A DNA stretch of 64,000 bases from a virus (lineage: Duplodnaviria > Caudoviricetes). The notes below the pieces were generated by a model. It made no database searches and had not been told where the DNA came from. It saw only the letters and a program-made list of their open reading frames with translations. The stretch covers positions 1-64,000 of IMG/VR virus record IMGVR_UViG_3300035505_000313. The stretch is one strand, 5' to 3'. Shown here piece by piece: positions 38,658-48,794 of the stretch; position 1 is the first letter of the stretch; every line of letters starts with the position of its first letter. A program made the translations under genes and the position numbers.

Positions 38658-40574
38658 ATGGGTGATTATGCTAAGGCATACCTTTTACGTAAAGGTACTG
38701 CAGAAGAACATAAAAAATTTACTGGTCTCCTTTCTGAGTTAACATTTGATACTACGAATAATAGACCAGTTGCTCACGATGGAAAAACCAAAGGTGGTTT
38801 TTCTCTCGCTTTATTGCAAGATATTATTGGATTAGCTTCAGAAGCATGGGTTAGTGAAAACTTTAGAAGTGCTAATGAGAAGATTTCCATTGATGATATC
38901 AGTGACGAATTAACTAGTATTCTTTCTTCTGAATATGATGATTCCGTACTTACTGCAACTATTGAGGAAATTAAAGCTCAAATGGTTACACAGGAAAGTC
39001 TTGGTAACTTTGTTACTAAAGAAGCTCTTGAAGGAATTACAGTATCTCAGTTGGATGCTAGTTTGCAAAGAAAGATTAATTCAATTATTGAGAATGGAGA
39101 ACTCCGTTTATCTAATATTGAAATGTCCTATTTAACTAAGGATGCGTTAAATAGTGTAATGAGTGGCTTCTTAACTGTTACATCTAAGATTGGTATTGGC
39201 AACTTAGATGACAGTATTGTTACTTTACTAAGTGAAGCACAGAGTAATACATCTAGTATTGGTGTGCTTAGTGCATCATTAGAAAGGCTTCAGCAAGAAG
39301 TTAATGATAGTGAGATAGGTGACTTCACTCAGCTTACTTCTAAGATAAATGAAATCGAGAGTAAGATTGAAAAGAACGCTCTTGTCTATGATGACACAGA
39401 GATTCGTAATAATCTTGAATCTCTTAGTAACATCGTAAATACAGCTAATGCTGCTATTGAAATCCTTAATAAAGAAGTTAAGGATAATGTTTATGATGAT
39501 ACTCCTATCAAAGACCAGATTAATGATATTTATGCTAAGCTTAATGATTTAGACTTAGGTGATTATGATGATTCAGCTTTACGTCTGTCTATTAATAATC
39601 TGTCTAAAGAAAATGAGACTATGGCTGCAAATATCAATACTTTGAATAATCAATATAAAAATCTTGTTACTAAGATTAGTGAAATCCAATCAAAGGGTTA
39701 TGATGATAGTGAGCTTAAAAAGAGCCTTGAAGACCTGACTAGTAATGTAGCAGACATCTTAAATGAATTAGATGGATACAATAGCAAGATTAGTACATTG
39801 GACTTCAATGTATCTGATATTACAGCTAGATTGAATTCTATTTCTTCTGACTATATTAACTTCTCTGCTTCTGTAGAATCTGCAGTTAATGAAGTTAGTA
39901 ACTTAGTTAAAGTAATTAATGGATTACAATCTACAGTAGATAATATGCAGCTTGAAATTACTTATCTTAAAGATGTAGTTAAACAGCTTCAAGATACAAC
40001 ATCACAACTGGTTGAAGCTGTGAATAATGGTAGTGATTCTAATATTGAACAGCCAGAATATCCTTCAGAACCTGTGATTCCTGAAGAACCAGATAATAGT
40101 GGTGAAGATAACAATGGAGGGGATACAGAAGTGCCTGACAATAATGACAATACTGTTACTGAACCAGAAATTCCATCTAGTCCGACAGATGGTTTAGATG
40201 CTGTGGGTATCTGGTCTAATAAGTATGGTGAAACAGCTAAAACTGTATATGAAGGATTAGTTACAAACTTCAGAGGAGGATTCCTTGCTCTTAGCAAGTT
40301 TGAAGGTTGTCCTATTACTGATGCTCAAACTCTTGAAGATATGTTCTATGATGGTGACAAGGTTGAATTATGGTGTCTTGGACCAACAGGTTCAACTGTC
40401 AGTGTTAATCCGTCATATGTTCCTACAGATGAAGAAGGTGACACTGAGTTTACAGAGAGTGTAAATGTAGGTAAATACTTCTACAATGCTGGATGGGATA
40501 GAGATACATCTAGATGGTCTATTGAGCCTGGACGTACAGTTGACTATACAATCAAGCTTGTTATCTATAGTTAA
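38658..40574 (+). CDS. tail fibre-like protein with Mtd N-terminal domain, long coiled coil and Pro/Glu linker
   Basis: LLRKGTAEEHKKFTGLLSELTFDTTNNRPVAHDGKTKGGFSLA matches the major tropism determinant N-terminal (Mtd_N) signature; YDD repeats; PEYPSEPVIPEEP linker. Confidence 0.72.
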   Translation: MGDYAKAYLLRKGTAEEHKKFTGLLSELTFDTTNNRPVAHDGKTKGGFSLALLQDIIGLASEAWVSENFRSANEKISIDDISDELTSILSSEYDDSVLTATIEEIKAQMVTQESLGNFVTKEALEGITVSQLDASLQRKINSIIENGELRLSNIEMSYLTKDALNSVMSGFLTVTSKIGIGNLDDSIVTLLSEAQSNTSSIGVLSASLERLQQEVNDSEIGDFTQLTSKINEIESKIEKNALVYDDTEIRNNLESLSNIVNTANAAIEILNKEVKDNVYDDTPIKDQINDIYAKLNDLDLGDYDDSALRLSINNLSKENETMAANINTLNNQYKNLVTKISEIQSKGYDDSELKKSLEDLTSNVADILNELDGYNSKISTLDFNVSDITARLNSISSDYINFSASVESAVNEVSNLVKVINGLQSTVDNMQLEITYLKDVVKQLQDTTSQLVEAVNNGSDSNIEQPEYPSEPVIPEEPDNSGEDNNGGDTEVPDNNDNTVTEPEIPSSPTDGLDAVGIWSNKYGETAKTVYEGLVTNFRGGFLALSKFEGCPITDAQTLEDMFYDGDKVELWCLGPTGSTVSVNPSYVPTDEEGDTEFTESVNVGKYFYNAGWDRDTSRWSIEPGRTVDYTIKLVIYS

Positions 40575-40597
40575 AAATAAAAGGAGGAATGAAAGTT

Positions 40598-42040
40598 ATG
40601 GCTGAAGAATGTCTTTGCAATGTGGTAGCTTCTGGATATGGTTATAGTAGTACCTATGATACTGATGGAAGTTGCCTTTGTAATACAGTTCGTGTAAGAA
40701 AATATCTTTCTACATATGGTTCTTGTGAAAGTGGAGTTATTGCTGGTTATGGTGGTTGTGGTGTAGATACTAGTTCATATAGTAGCTATGGAACTACAAA
40801 TAGCAATAATTCTTCTAGCAACTCATATAGCTCATGTGATGGAACTGTTTGCTCATGCAATTCTAGAAGTAAATTAACTTCTTATGCAGATAGTATTTAT
40901 GGTTCTTGTGGCTATTGTACATGTGATTCTAGAACAGGAACTAAATATGTAGCAGATACAGTGTATGGTAGTTCAAGTTCTTCAGTAACTTGCTCATGCA
41001 ACTCTAGAGTAACGACTACTTATAGTTCATGCGATAACACAAACACTGATACAAATAGTTCTTATGGTTTATGTGGTGATTATAGTTCTTGTAGTAATAC
41101 AAGTTCTTCTTGTTCATGCAACTCTAGAGTAACAAATACAACATCTTCAGGAAGCTCTTATAGTTCTTGTGGGGATTATGGTTCATGTGGTGGTTCTTAT
41201 AGTTCTTATGGTTCTTGTGGAACATATGCTAGTTATACATCATGTGGAACACCTTGTGCATGTAATTCTAGAACTCTTAAAGGTTCTTCTAATACAGATT
41301 CAGAGGATGATAAGACAACTGATGTTGTTGATATTCCAGAAGGAAAGAATATTCCTGAATTGACTGAAACAGATATTGAAGATGTTCAATATAATACACT
41401 TTGGGATACTACTGAAAACAACTCTAAGCTTCCTGCTACTTCTTCAAATAGAACTAATAAAGCTCTTAAGACTTCAAATAAGAGAATAATTACTGCTATT
41501 AATGAATTAGTAACAAGTAATTCAAGCTTAGACAAGAAGATTGACGAGTTTAATGAACGCTTCAATCAAGTAATGGGTAATGAAGTTACTGACCCATCAC
41601 TTCTTACTGATGTAAATGAGTTAGGTGGAAGTGCTTTAGCAGCTATTACAGGTCTGTATAATCTTCTTAAAGAATATGATACAAATCTTACTAAAGCAAC
41701 ACATGATATGCAGTCACTTAAAGCTGAATTGACTGAGAAGATTGAAAGTCTTGAAAGTTCAATTAGCAATGGTGGTGTATCAACAACTTCTACTGCTAAT
41801 ACAATTACAGAACTCGTTACTGAAGATAGATTTAATGAAGCAGCTCAGATGATTACATTAGCAGCTATTCCTAAAGATAGTTCTAATGTTAAGCTTTTAG
41901 TAAATAATGTACAGTATTTTGCTGGTGTTGACTTTATTGTTGATGGTGATAGCATTTACTGGGCATTTACAGAAAATAATGGTGGATTTAATCTTAATCT
42001 TACTAACTACGACATTCATGTTATTTATGAAGTTGGTTAA
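40598..42040 (+). CDS. tail-associated protein: N-terminal Cys/Ser/Tyr repeat region + coiled coil + shared C-terminal domain
   Basis: CSCNSR and YGSCG repeats in the first ~230 aa; start revised to 40598 by SD spacing. Confidence 0.7.
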   Translation: MAEECLCNVVASGYGYSSTYDTDGSCLCNTVRVRKYLSTYGSCESGVIAGYGGCGVDTSSYSSYGTTNSNNSSSNSYSSCDGTVCSCNSRSKLTSYADSIYGSCGYCTCDSRTGTKYVADTVYGSSSSSVTCSCNSRVTTTYSSCDNTNTDTNSSYGLCGDYSSCSNTSSSCSCNSRVTNTTSSGSSYSSCGDYGSCGGSYSSYGSCGTYASYTSCGTPCACNSRTLKGSSNTDSEDDKTTDVVDIPEGKNIPELTETDIEDVQYNTLWDTTENNSKLPATSSNRTNKALKTSNKRIITAINELVTSNSSLDKKIDEFNERFNQVMGNEVTDPSLLTDVNELGGSALAAITGLYNLLKEYDTNLTKATHDMQSLKAELTEKIESLESSISNGGVSTTSTANTITELVTEDRFNEAAQMITLAAIPKDSSNVKLLVNNVQYFAGVDFIVDGDSIYWAFTENNGGFNLNLTNYDIHVIYEVG

Positions 42041-42084
42041 TAAAAATGGAGGATATGGTAGAAATACCATATCCTCTTATATTT

Positions 42085-44622
42085 TTATTTAAAGCTAAGA
42101 CGTACAAGAACTTTTCCAGCTCCACCGCCTGAACCAGTTAATGCAATACCAATAATATCTTCAGCAAGATTCTTATCAGTTACATAAGCTTTACCTTTAC
42201 CAGCATTTTCAGATGACATAACTACATATTCACCAGATTTTACTGCAGAATCTACATTTACTTCATGTATACCTGCTGTAACTACTGGATAATTCTTAGA
42301 AGTGTCACCACCTGCTGCAATACCTATATTATCATCAAAAATACCAAATGGAATACACCTAGATGTATCACTCTTTAATGCTTTCTGAATATAAATATCT
42401 TCTTCAGCTCTACCTGCTAAGATACCAACAATATCACCATTCTGGAAGGAATGTGCTAATACATCACTCTCAATAGTAACAAAGTTACCAAGTCCTTTAT
42501 TATCAGAGTTATAACGAGTAGACTGTAAGTAACCATTATAACTTAAAAATTGTGTACCTGTACATTCAATTTTGGATTTATACCAATAACCATCTTGCAC
42601 AGTTTCTTGTGTTCTATCCCAATTATAATGGTACTTCAAGAACCTTTCTCTTGTCTGAATACGATAAGGATTAACAAGCATAAGCTTGAACTTACCACAA
42701 TAACTACCAGAGTTATATACTTTGATACGTGTTTCAGTAGCATCTACTGAAATCTCACCAACCATACAGTCAATTTCATTGATGTTATTTCCTGATACAT
42801 CAGGTGTAACAGAAATCAAGAATGGTACATTAGATGTAATACCATGAGGAATCAACGTAGGGTCATCTGAACCAGAGAAGTAACCTGTTAATGATAAAGA
42901 TGTATCATAATCATCAGTATTAAATGCTGCCCAATGGAATTTGGTCTTAGCATCACCAGTATTATATACATAGATGTTTTCAGCATCCCAATCAAAGTAA
43001 TACTCACCTAAGTCACCAGTTGGATTCTCCCAAGCTTGTACTGTAACAAAGTCAGGAATCTTAGGAAGTCCATGAGGAATAGTAAGTTTATCACTATTAC
43101 CAATGAAGTTCTCAAATCCATAATTAACTGGTTCAGAACTATCAAGATTCTTAATTGCAACCCAATCGAATTCTGTATTAGCAATACCTGAGTTATGTAC
43201 ATAGATGTATGTATCATCCCAACTAACCCAAGTCTCACCTAAGTTACCACCATTATCAGCTGCAGGATTCATGACAACAAAGTCAGGAGTTTCACCAAGA
43301 TTATGAGAAATCCTTAACTCTTGTCCTAAACCTAAAAACTGGTTTGTACCTGTTTTAACATTAAACCTACTAGTTGTAATGTCTTCTTTTAAGTTATCAA
43401 GTTCATTATTGATAGCATCAATTCTATCCTTAGTCCATTGTGTAAACTCAGCATATATGTAGTTAATAAATTCATCTACAATCTTCTGATATAATGAATA
43501 AGCATAGTCCTTAATAATAATATCTTGTGAATCAACATAATACTTTTCTACAAGTCTATCATTGATATCAAGAATCTGCTGTTCTATATTATTATAGAAA
43601 TTCAAATCACCATTTAAAGCTGTAGTAACTTGCTTTAAGCTCATATACTCAGTATCTTGCTTATCAGTATTACTTCCTAAAACTGCATTTGTTAAAACAT
43701 CCATTGATGAATCATAACTATAGATATCGCCTAAATCTCTATTCTTAAGAACCTGTACTAAACCATACTTCAATGCAAATTCATCTTCATAGTATGATGT
43801 TCCATTAAGAGGTAATTGATTTCTATTAGAAGTTGACTTAGGTTTAAAGTCATGAAGTACTTCAAGAAGCATATCTTGGTCGTTAAGATTAGTGACATCA
43901 TATCCTCTCATAGTACTAATAATCTTCAAACCAATGTTCTGAAGAAATTCAATATCATAATAAGAATTAGGAGATAAATAAGGGTCATTCTCAAGGACGT
44001 TCTTAAATACTCCTGGATTTGATACTTGGACTTTCATATCCAATGTATCTAATTCAACTTCTGCAATAGAATCACCTATTGAGATATTTCTCTGAGTTAA
44101 GACATCCAAGAAACCTACACGAATAAGAGCATCCTTATTCCTATAAGCATACTTAGCATCAAGTTGATACAAAGCATCAATATCATCAATCTCTGTAATA
44201 ATTTCAGTTGGAGTAATAGGATTTGATTGTACTACCAGATTATATAACATTTCTACATCATAAAAATCGTAGTACTTAACATTTCTTAAATCAAGAACTC
44301 TCTCGAATCCAACTCTCATAAGAAAATATGTGTAATAATAAGCATCTGAATAAGTTCTAAAGAACTTAGTAGATTCATCTACACCAACCTTATTTACGAT
44401 TGCACTCTTATCTTGAAAATGGATAGCAGCTTCGTCAATCATTGTACGAACTTGATTGAAGAAATTGTAGATATCTTCAATGGATGTAATATCGAGCAAT
44501 GTTAACTCATCTGAAGTAAGATGTTTAAGTTTATCTATTAAGATTTCTCTGTCGTATTCATTACGAGCTACAAAGTACTTCAGGAGTTCATCTATTTCAA
44601 ATTGTTCTGGTCTTAATCCCAT
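42085..44622 (-). CDS. putative virion/tail protein with three H-lectin-like repeats and a DUF2190-like C-terminus
   Basis: Three ~75 aa repeats (H.L..TPDFV....GE.......IYVxNSG...F.W.A); start revised to MGLRP at 44622 (SD AAAGGAG). Confidence 0.6.
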   Translation of the reverse strand: MGLRPEQFEIDELLKYFVARNEYDREILIDKLKHLTSDELTLLDITSIEDIYNFFNQVRTMIDEAAIHFQDKSAIVNKVGVDESTKFFRTYSDAYYYTYFLMRVGFERVLDLRNVKYYDFYDVEMLYNLVVQSNPITPTEIITEIDDIDALYQLDAKYAYRNKDALIRVGFLDVLTQRNISIGDSIAEVELDTLDMKVQVSNPGVFKNVLENDPYLSPNSYYDIEFLQNIGLKIISTMRGYDVTNLNDQDMLLEVLHDFKPKSTSNRNQLPLNGTSYYEDEFALKYGLVQVLKNRDLGDIYSYDSSMDVLTNAVLGSNTDKQDTEYMSLKQVTTALNGDLNFYNNIEQQILDINDRLVEKYYVDSQDIIIKDYAYSLYQKIVDEFINYIYAEFTQWTKDRIDAINNELDNLKEDITTSRFNVKTGTNQFLGLGQELRISHNLGETPDFVVMNPAADNGGNLGETWVSWDDTYIYVHNSGIANTEFDWVAIKNLDSSEPVNYGFENFIGNSDKLTIPHGLPKIPDFVTVQAWENPTGDLGEYYFDWDAENIYVYNTGDAKTKFHWAAFNTDDYDTSLSLTGYFSGSDDPTLIPHGITSNVPFLISVTPDVSGNNINEIDCMVGEISVDATETRIKVYNSGSYCGKFKLMLVNPYRIQTRERFLKYHYNWDRTQETVQDGYWYKSKIECTGTQFLSYNGYLQSTRYNSDNKGLGNFVTIESDVLAHSFQNGDIVGILAGRAEEDIYIQKALKSDTSRCIPFGIFDDNIGIAAGGDTSKNYPVVTAGIHEVNVDSAVKSGEYVVMSSENAGKGKAYVTDKNLAEDIIGIALTGSGGGAGKVLVRLSFK

Positions 44623-44659
44623 AGTATAAGTCTCCTTTCTAAATAAAATAATAATCTTA

Positions 44660-44671
44660 TAATTTATTGTT
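44660..44671 (-). promoter_or_regulatory. late-type promoter AACA-N6-TA
   Basis: AACA-ATAAAT-TA 38 nt upstream of 44622. Confidence 0.6.
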
Positions 44672-44684
44672 ACAGGATAAGTAA

Positions 44685-44717
44685 TACACCTAAAGGAACT
44701 TATGTCCTTTAGGTGTA
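44685..44717 (-). terminator. intrinsic terminator ending the radical SAM operon
   Basis: TACACCTAAAGGA/TCCTTTAGGTGTA. Confidence 0.7.
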
Positions 44718-44754
44718 TAAAATATATCATATAAATAATAATATGAAGGCTAAT

Positions 44755-45654
44755 TTACTCAAGTCCAAGCTTTCTTAATCTCTCATGATGAGTGTTGTAA
44801 GCTCTTGAACGGATATCATAAATGATATTTGATGTCTCTGTCTCATTGTCACATCGATTAATGTCATATAGTCCATCTTGATGGGAAATGTCATCACCAG
44901 AACGTCCATAACTTTCAGCTACGACTTTACCAGAAGCATCACGAATATAACTTCTTACATCTTCTTTAGGTTTAACCCAGTTAAATAAATCAACACTGAT
45001 TGGCTCTTCAAATTCTCCATTACAGATTCTCTGAGAAAGCAAATCCATTTCATAGTTAAACCTCTCAATGTAAGGTGGAAGCAGAGGTACAACTGATTCT
45101 ACAGTACCAATACCAAACTCTCTAATACCTAACTTATAAAGGTCATCAATGCTTGAGTTAAGATAACCAATATTCCAAGGATGAGTGGTAATATGAACAC
45201 CTAAGTCATAAATACCTGCTTTATGTAAAGCTTCAATATTCCTAACTACAGTGTTATAAGTATTTGTACCAGTACCTTTGAATACTCTGAACATATTAGC
45301 TAATGGATGACCATCCATACTAATAGCAAAGTGCACTCTCTCTGTCTTAAGCATATCAATCAATTCGTTATTGATAATAGTTCCATTAGTGGTGATTGTG
45401 AAATCAACATCCAAGTTAGGATACTCATTAGTAACATATATTACTGTATTTCTAATGTTATCCCAAGCCATCATAGGCTCACCACCTAAGAACTCAATTC
45501 CGAATGAATCAGAAGTTCTAAACTTGATAATATTATCTAAAGTCTCTTTAACTTCTTCCCAAGTGTATGTGCTTGTCTTATCTTGTTCATAGCAGTATTT
45601 ACAAGCACAATTACATGCTTTAGTAACATGTAAAACATATGTTTCTCTTGCCAT
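44755..45654 (-). CDS. radical SAM enzyme without SPASM domain
   Basis: CNCACKYC, FLGGEP, TTNGT, ISMDG; no C-terminal Cys cluster. Confidence 0.9.
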   Translation of the reverse strand: MARETYVLHVTKACNCACKYCYEQDKTSTYTWEEVKETLDNIIKFRTSDSFGIEFLGGEPMMAWDNIRNTVIYVTNEYPNLDVDFTITTNGTIINNELIDMLKTERVHFAISMDGHPLANMFRVFKGTGTNTYNTVVRNIEALHKAGIYDLGVHITTHPWNIGYLNSSIDDLYKLGIREFGIGTVESVVPLLPPYIERFNYEMDLLSQRICNGEFEEPISVDLFNWVKPKEDVRSYIRDASGKVVAESYGRSGDDISHQDGLYDINRCDNETETSNIIYDIRSRAYNTHHERLRKLGLE

Positions 45655-45665
45655 AGTAAATCCTC

Positions 45666-46895
45666 CTAATCTTCTACAGTTGAATGGTGACCAGCAACAT
45701 TAACTACGTTACAGTTCTCATACTCATCCTTAATAGGCTGTAGATTTTCATCAATAAGACCAGCTTCAACTAATCTGTCTTTTACCCAATGCTGAACATC
45801 ACGCTCAACATGTGACATCATACAACGTTCTCTCCTAATAGTCTGGAAGAGATTCTGATGTCTTCCCCAGTTATCAGCAATACATCTATAACAATGGAAG
45901 CAATCACAAGTAGGATTCTCTGTTGCACAAGACATATCAGAACCATCATAATCATTGTATAACAAATCCTTCATTTCATCAATACCATCATCCAGATTAC
46001 CAATAATAGTATAGTTGTCTGGGTCATTATAATAAATTTGATGACAAGGTGAAATCAAACCTGATGCAGTAATTGATACGAAGTTCTTACCTGCACCACA
46101 CGGAGCACCAAAACCATTGATACACATAAGTGTTTTATCAATCGGTGCATAAGAATAAATGTACTGTAAATCACGTTCTTCGATAGCTTTATTTACAAGC
46201 ACTTCAGCAATCTTAATTAACTGCTCTTTGTAACTTCTTACACTTTCAATAGTATATCCATTATCAGAATGGATAGGCATAAACCAAATCCAAGGACATT
46301 TCCATTCCTCTACAAAGAACTTATAATTCTCAAACAGATACATCATGTTATCAGAAGTCAAACAAGAGTGAAGACACAATCTATTATTGAACGTACCCTC
46401 TTCTCCAAGGATTCTCTGCCAGAACTTTACACCCTCGGCAACCTTATCAAATGTACCTTTACCATCAATGGTAACACGATTCTGGTCATGACACTCCTTA
46501 ATACCATCAACAGAAATCTGTACATTGATATGACATAAATCCTTATACTTTGTAAACAGTTCCTCATACTTATCATTGAAGATAGTACCATTTGTAATAA
46601 TAGTTACTACAAATACAATACCAGTTTCCTCATCAAGCTGATGACCTATTTCAAATGCTTTTTTCATACCCTCATAATTTAATAAAGGCTCTCCACCAAA
46701 TGCTGTGATTGATACACAATCGTCACCAGTAATCTGAGCATTTTTATATAAAAAGCGAATAGCCTTTTCAACTGTCTCAACTGACATGTTCTGATTATGG
46801 TGAGCACCCAGTTCGAAACAGTACTTACAGCGTAAATTACATTGTTCGGACAAGAGTAAACTTGCCGCTGTTGGATAACAACTCATAACCAACAT
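45666..46895 (-). CDS. radical SAM/SPASM peptide-maturase-like enzyme
   Basis: CNLRCKYC, FGGEPLL, TNGT, ISVDG, SPASM CGAG...ITASGLISPCH and C..C.C..CYRC...C. Confidence 0.92.
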   Translation of the reverse strand: MLVMSCYPTAASLLLSEQCNLRCKYCFELGAHHNQNMSVETVEKAIRFLYKNAQITGDDCVSITAFGGEPLLNYEGMKKAFEIGHQLDEETGIVFVVTIITNGTIFNDKYEELFTKYKDLCHINVQISVDGIKECHDQNRVTIDGKGTFDKVAEGVKFWQRILGEEGTFNNRLCLHSCLTSDNMMYLFENYKFFVEEWKCPWIWFMPIHSDNGYTIESVRSYKEQLIKIAEVLVNKAIEERDLQYIYSYAPIDKTLMCINGFGAPCGAGKNFVSITASGLISPCHQIYYNDPDNYTIIGNLDDGIDEMKDLLYNDYDGSDMSCATENPTCDCFHCYRCIADNWGRHQNLFQTIRRERCMMSHVERDVQHWVKDRLVEAGLIDENLQPIKDEYENCNVVNVAGHHSTVED

Positions 46896-46900
46896 CCTCC

Positions 46901-47878
46901 TTACTCAATAATTCCTAAATTTTTATAGGTCTTCTTGAACCCTGGACCATAGTCCCAATCATCACAAAGACCTTCAACAGTTGCCCAGTCGAACAAGATT
47001 TCTTGGTCATCATTATGACGACATCTTTCAACTGCAGAACTGCAATCCATAACGGAAAAGCTATACTTTTTGTCAAGTACTTCTTCCATGATATCATAAA
47101 CCATACCATCATCATAAAGATGATAATAGAAATCCTTAAATGCACGATACTTGTTATCAGCATAGTACTTCATAATAGCATCACGATTTCCGGGACTTAT
47201 CTGTACTTCTACAAGGTCAAGATGCTTTCCTCCTACACTATCCAGAATAGGAAGCATTTCGAATAACTTATCTCTATGTAAAGACCATGAAGGTTCTTCA
47301 ACAGTGATTCGGAATCCCATGTTAGCAGCCTTTTCCATGTTATTATAAACCTGTTTAGAGAAGAATGAAGCTGAAACATGGAAACGAAGTTCCTCAACTC
47401 TCATCTCTTTCATTCTCTTAAGATTCTCCTCATTACACAGAATACCATTTGTATATACAAAGTAGTAATGGTTAATACCATTACGGTCTCCAATATCATT
47501 CAGAATCAAAGCAAATTTCTCTAACTCATCAAGGTAAGCTACTGTCTCACCTGCGGACTGATAAGAAAAGATTGTAGGCTTGAAATTCTGAAGATTCTGT
47601 GACATAAAGAACCAATCAGCAAGCTTGCTGTTAATGGAATCCATTGTTTCCTCACCTCTATTAATATCATAATAGCAATAAGGACAGTTACACATACATT
47701 TAGTTCCAATCTGAACTCCTGAACCTTGTTCTCCAGTAAAACATTTACGACATCCTGGAGATATCTTTCCAATATGGAAAGCATGACCATTAGCGTGCAT
47801 TTCAGCACCTTTCTTGAGAAGCTCTTGCTGTCTAGCAAACTTCTCCAACTGAATCTCCTGATAAGGTACAACTCGCAT
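46901..47878 (-). CDS. radical SAM enzyme with extra N-terminal CxxC (COG2108-like)
   Basis: GCRKCFTG...CMCNCPYC, YTNG, EELRFH; start revised to MRVV at 47878 (SD AGGAGG). Confidence 0.85.
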   Translation of the reverse strand: MRVVPYQEIQLEKFARQQELLKKGAEMHANGHAFHIGKISPGCRKCFTGEQGSGVQIGTKCMCNCPYCYYDINRGEETMDSINSKLADWFFMSQNLQNFKPTIFSYQSAGETVAYLDELEKFALILNDIGDRNGINHYYFVYTNGILCNEENLKRMKEMRVEELRFHVSASFFSKQVYNNMEKAANMGFRITVEEPSWSLHRDKLFEMLPILDSVGGKHLDLVEVQISPGNRDAIMKYYADNKYRAFKDFYYHLYDDGMVYDIMEEVLDKKYSFSVMDCSSAVERCRHNDDQEILFDWATVEGLCDDWDYGPGFKKTYKNLGIIE

Positions 47879-47906
47879 AATAAAATCCTCCTTCATATTA
47901 TTTTTC

Positions 47907-48794
47907 TTAATATACAAAATTGCACTTTTTGAATAACTCTTGTAAAAAAGGGTCATATTTGATTATACGCAAATTTTCTTCTCGGTAATCATTAGTCCAA
48001 GCATTATCTGGACTCTGCTTCTCACAAGCAACCCCTCCAAAGTGGAAGAAATAAGGATTCCAATTAACTCCTTGTTTACCAAGATAATCTGCAGTAGAAT
48101 AATAAATTTTTCTTCTCAATATTTCATTAAAAAAGTATGTTCCGCTATCATAACATCCATACAAGTATCTAGAATATTTATCGTTTACTTCTTTGCTTTC
48201 AATATTATCAAAGTATAAATGTTCTTTGTCTATAAGTAATTGAATGTCCATAAAAGCTAATCCCATCCAAATTCTTTTATGATAAACTTTATCATTATAT
48301 CTTTCTAATGTTAAAGGGCATATATCAGGATTATTGCTATTAAAAATATCATCATAGTTATGATTTGGAATAGAAAATATTGTTTTATCTAATATACCAA
48401 TAATATTAGCTTTTTTATGTATTACTTCTTTGAACATTATTTTTAGTGTTGCTTGACTTTTGATAATAATGTCACCATCTAAGAATAAAGCATACATAAC
48501 ATTATTTTTATGTGCATATAAGAAACATTCATTGTAAATCTTATTTACTCTAACGGTAATATTCTTTTCATCATTACTAAACCTTGACCATGTTATAACT
48601 TTATAACCTTTACTTTCCGCCCAAGCTTTAGTATCATCTGTAGAATCATCATCAAAAATAACTATGTTATCTTTAAACATAGGATAAAATGTTAGTACAG
48701 ATTCACTAGCAAGCTCAAGATATGGTCTTATATTCTTACCAGAAATAAAAATATAAAAACCTCCTAATTCTTTTAATTCTCTTATATAATCCAT
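47907..48794 (-). CDS. GT-A fold (GT2-like) glycosyltransferase
   Basis: IVIFDDDSTDDT, LFLDGDII (DxD), YDSG, HFGG. Confidence 0.8.
   Translation of the reverse strand: MDYIRELKELGGFYIFISGKNIRPYLELASESVLTFYPMFKDNIVIFDDDSTDDTKAWAESKGYKVITWSRFSNDEKNITVRVNKIYNECFLYAHKNNVMYALFLDGDIIIKSQATLKIMFKEVIHKKANIIGILDKTIFSIPNHNYDDIFNSNNPDICPLTLERYNDKVYHKRIWMGLAFMDIQLLIDKEHLYFDNIESKEVNDKYSRYLYGCYDSGTYFFNEILRRKIYYSTADYLGKQGVNWNPYFFHFGGVACEKQSPDNAWTNDYREENLRIIKYDPFLQELFKKCNFVY

Noticed and set aside
38658-40574. Diversity-generating retroelement suggested by the Mtd_N domain
   Set aside because: No reverse transcriptase or TR/VR pair differing at adenines was seen in the window; Mtd_N is a common anchor domain.
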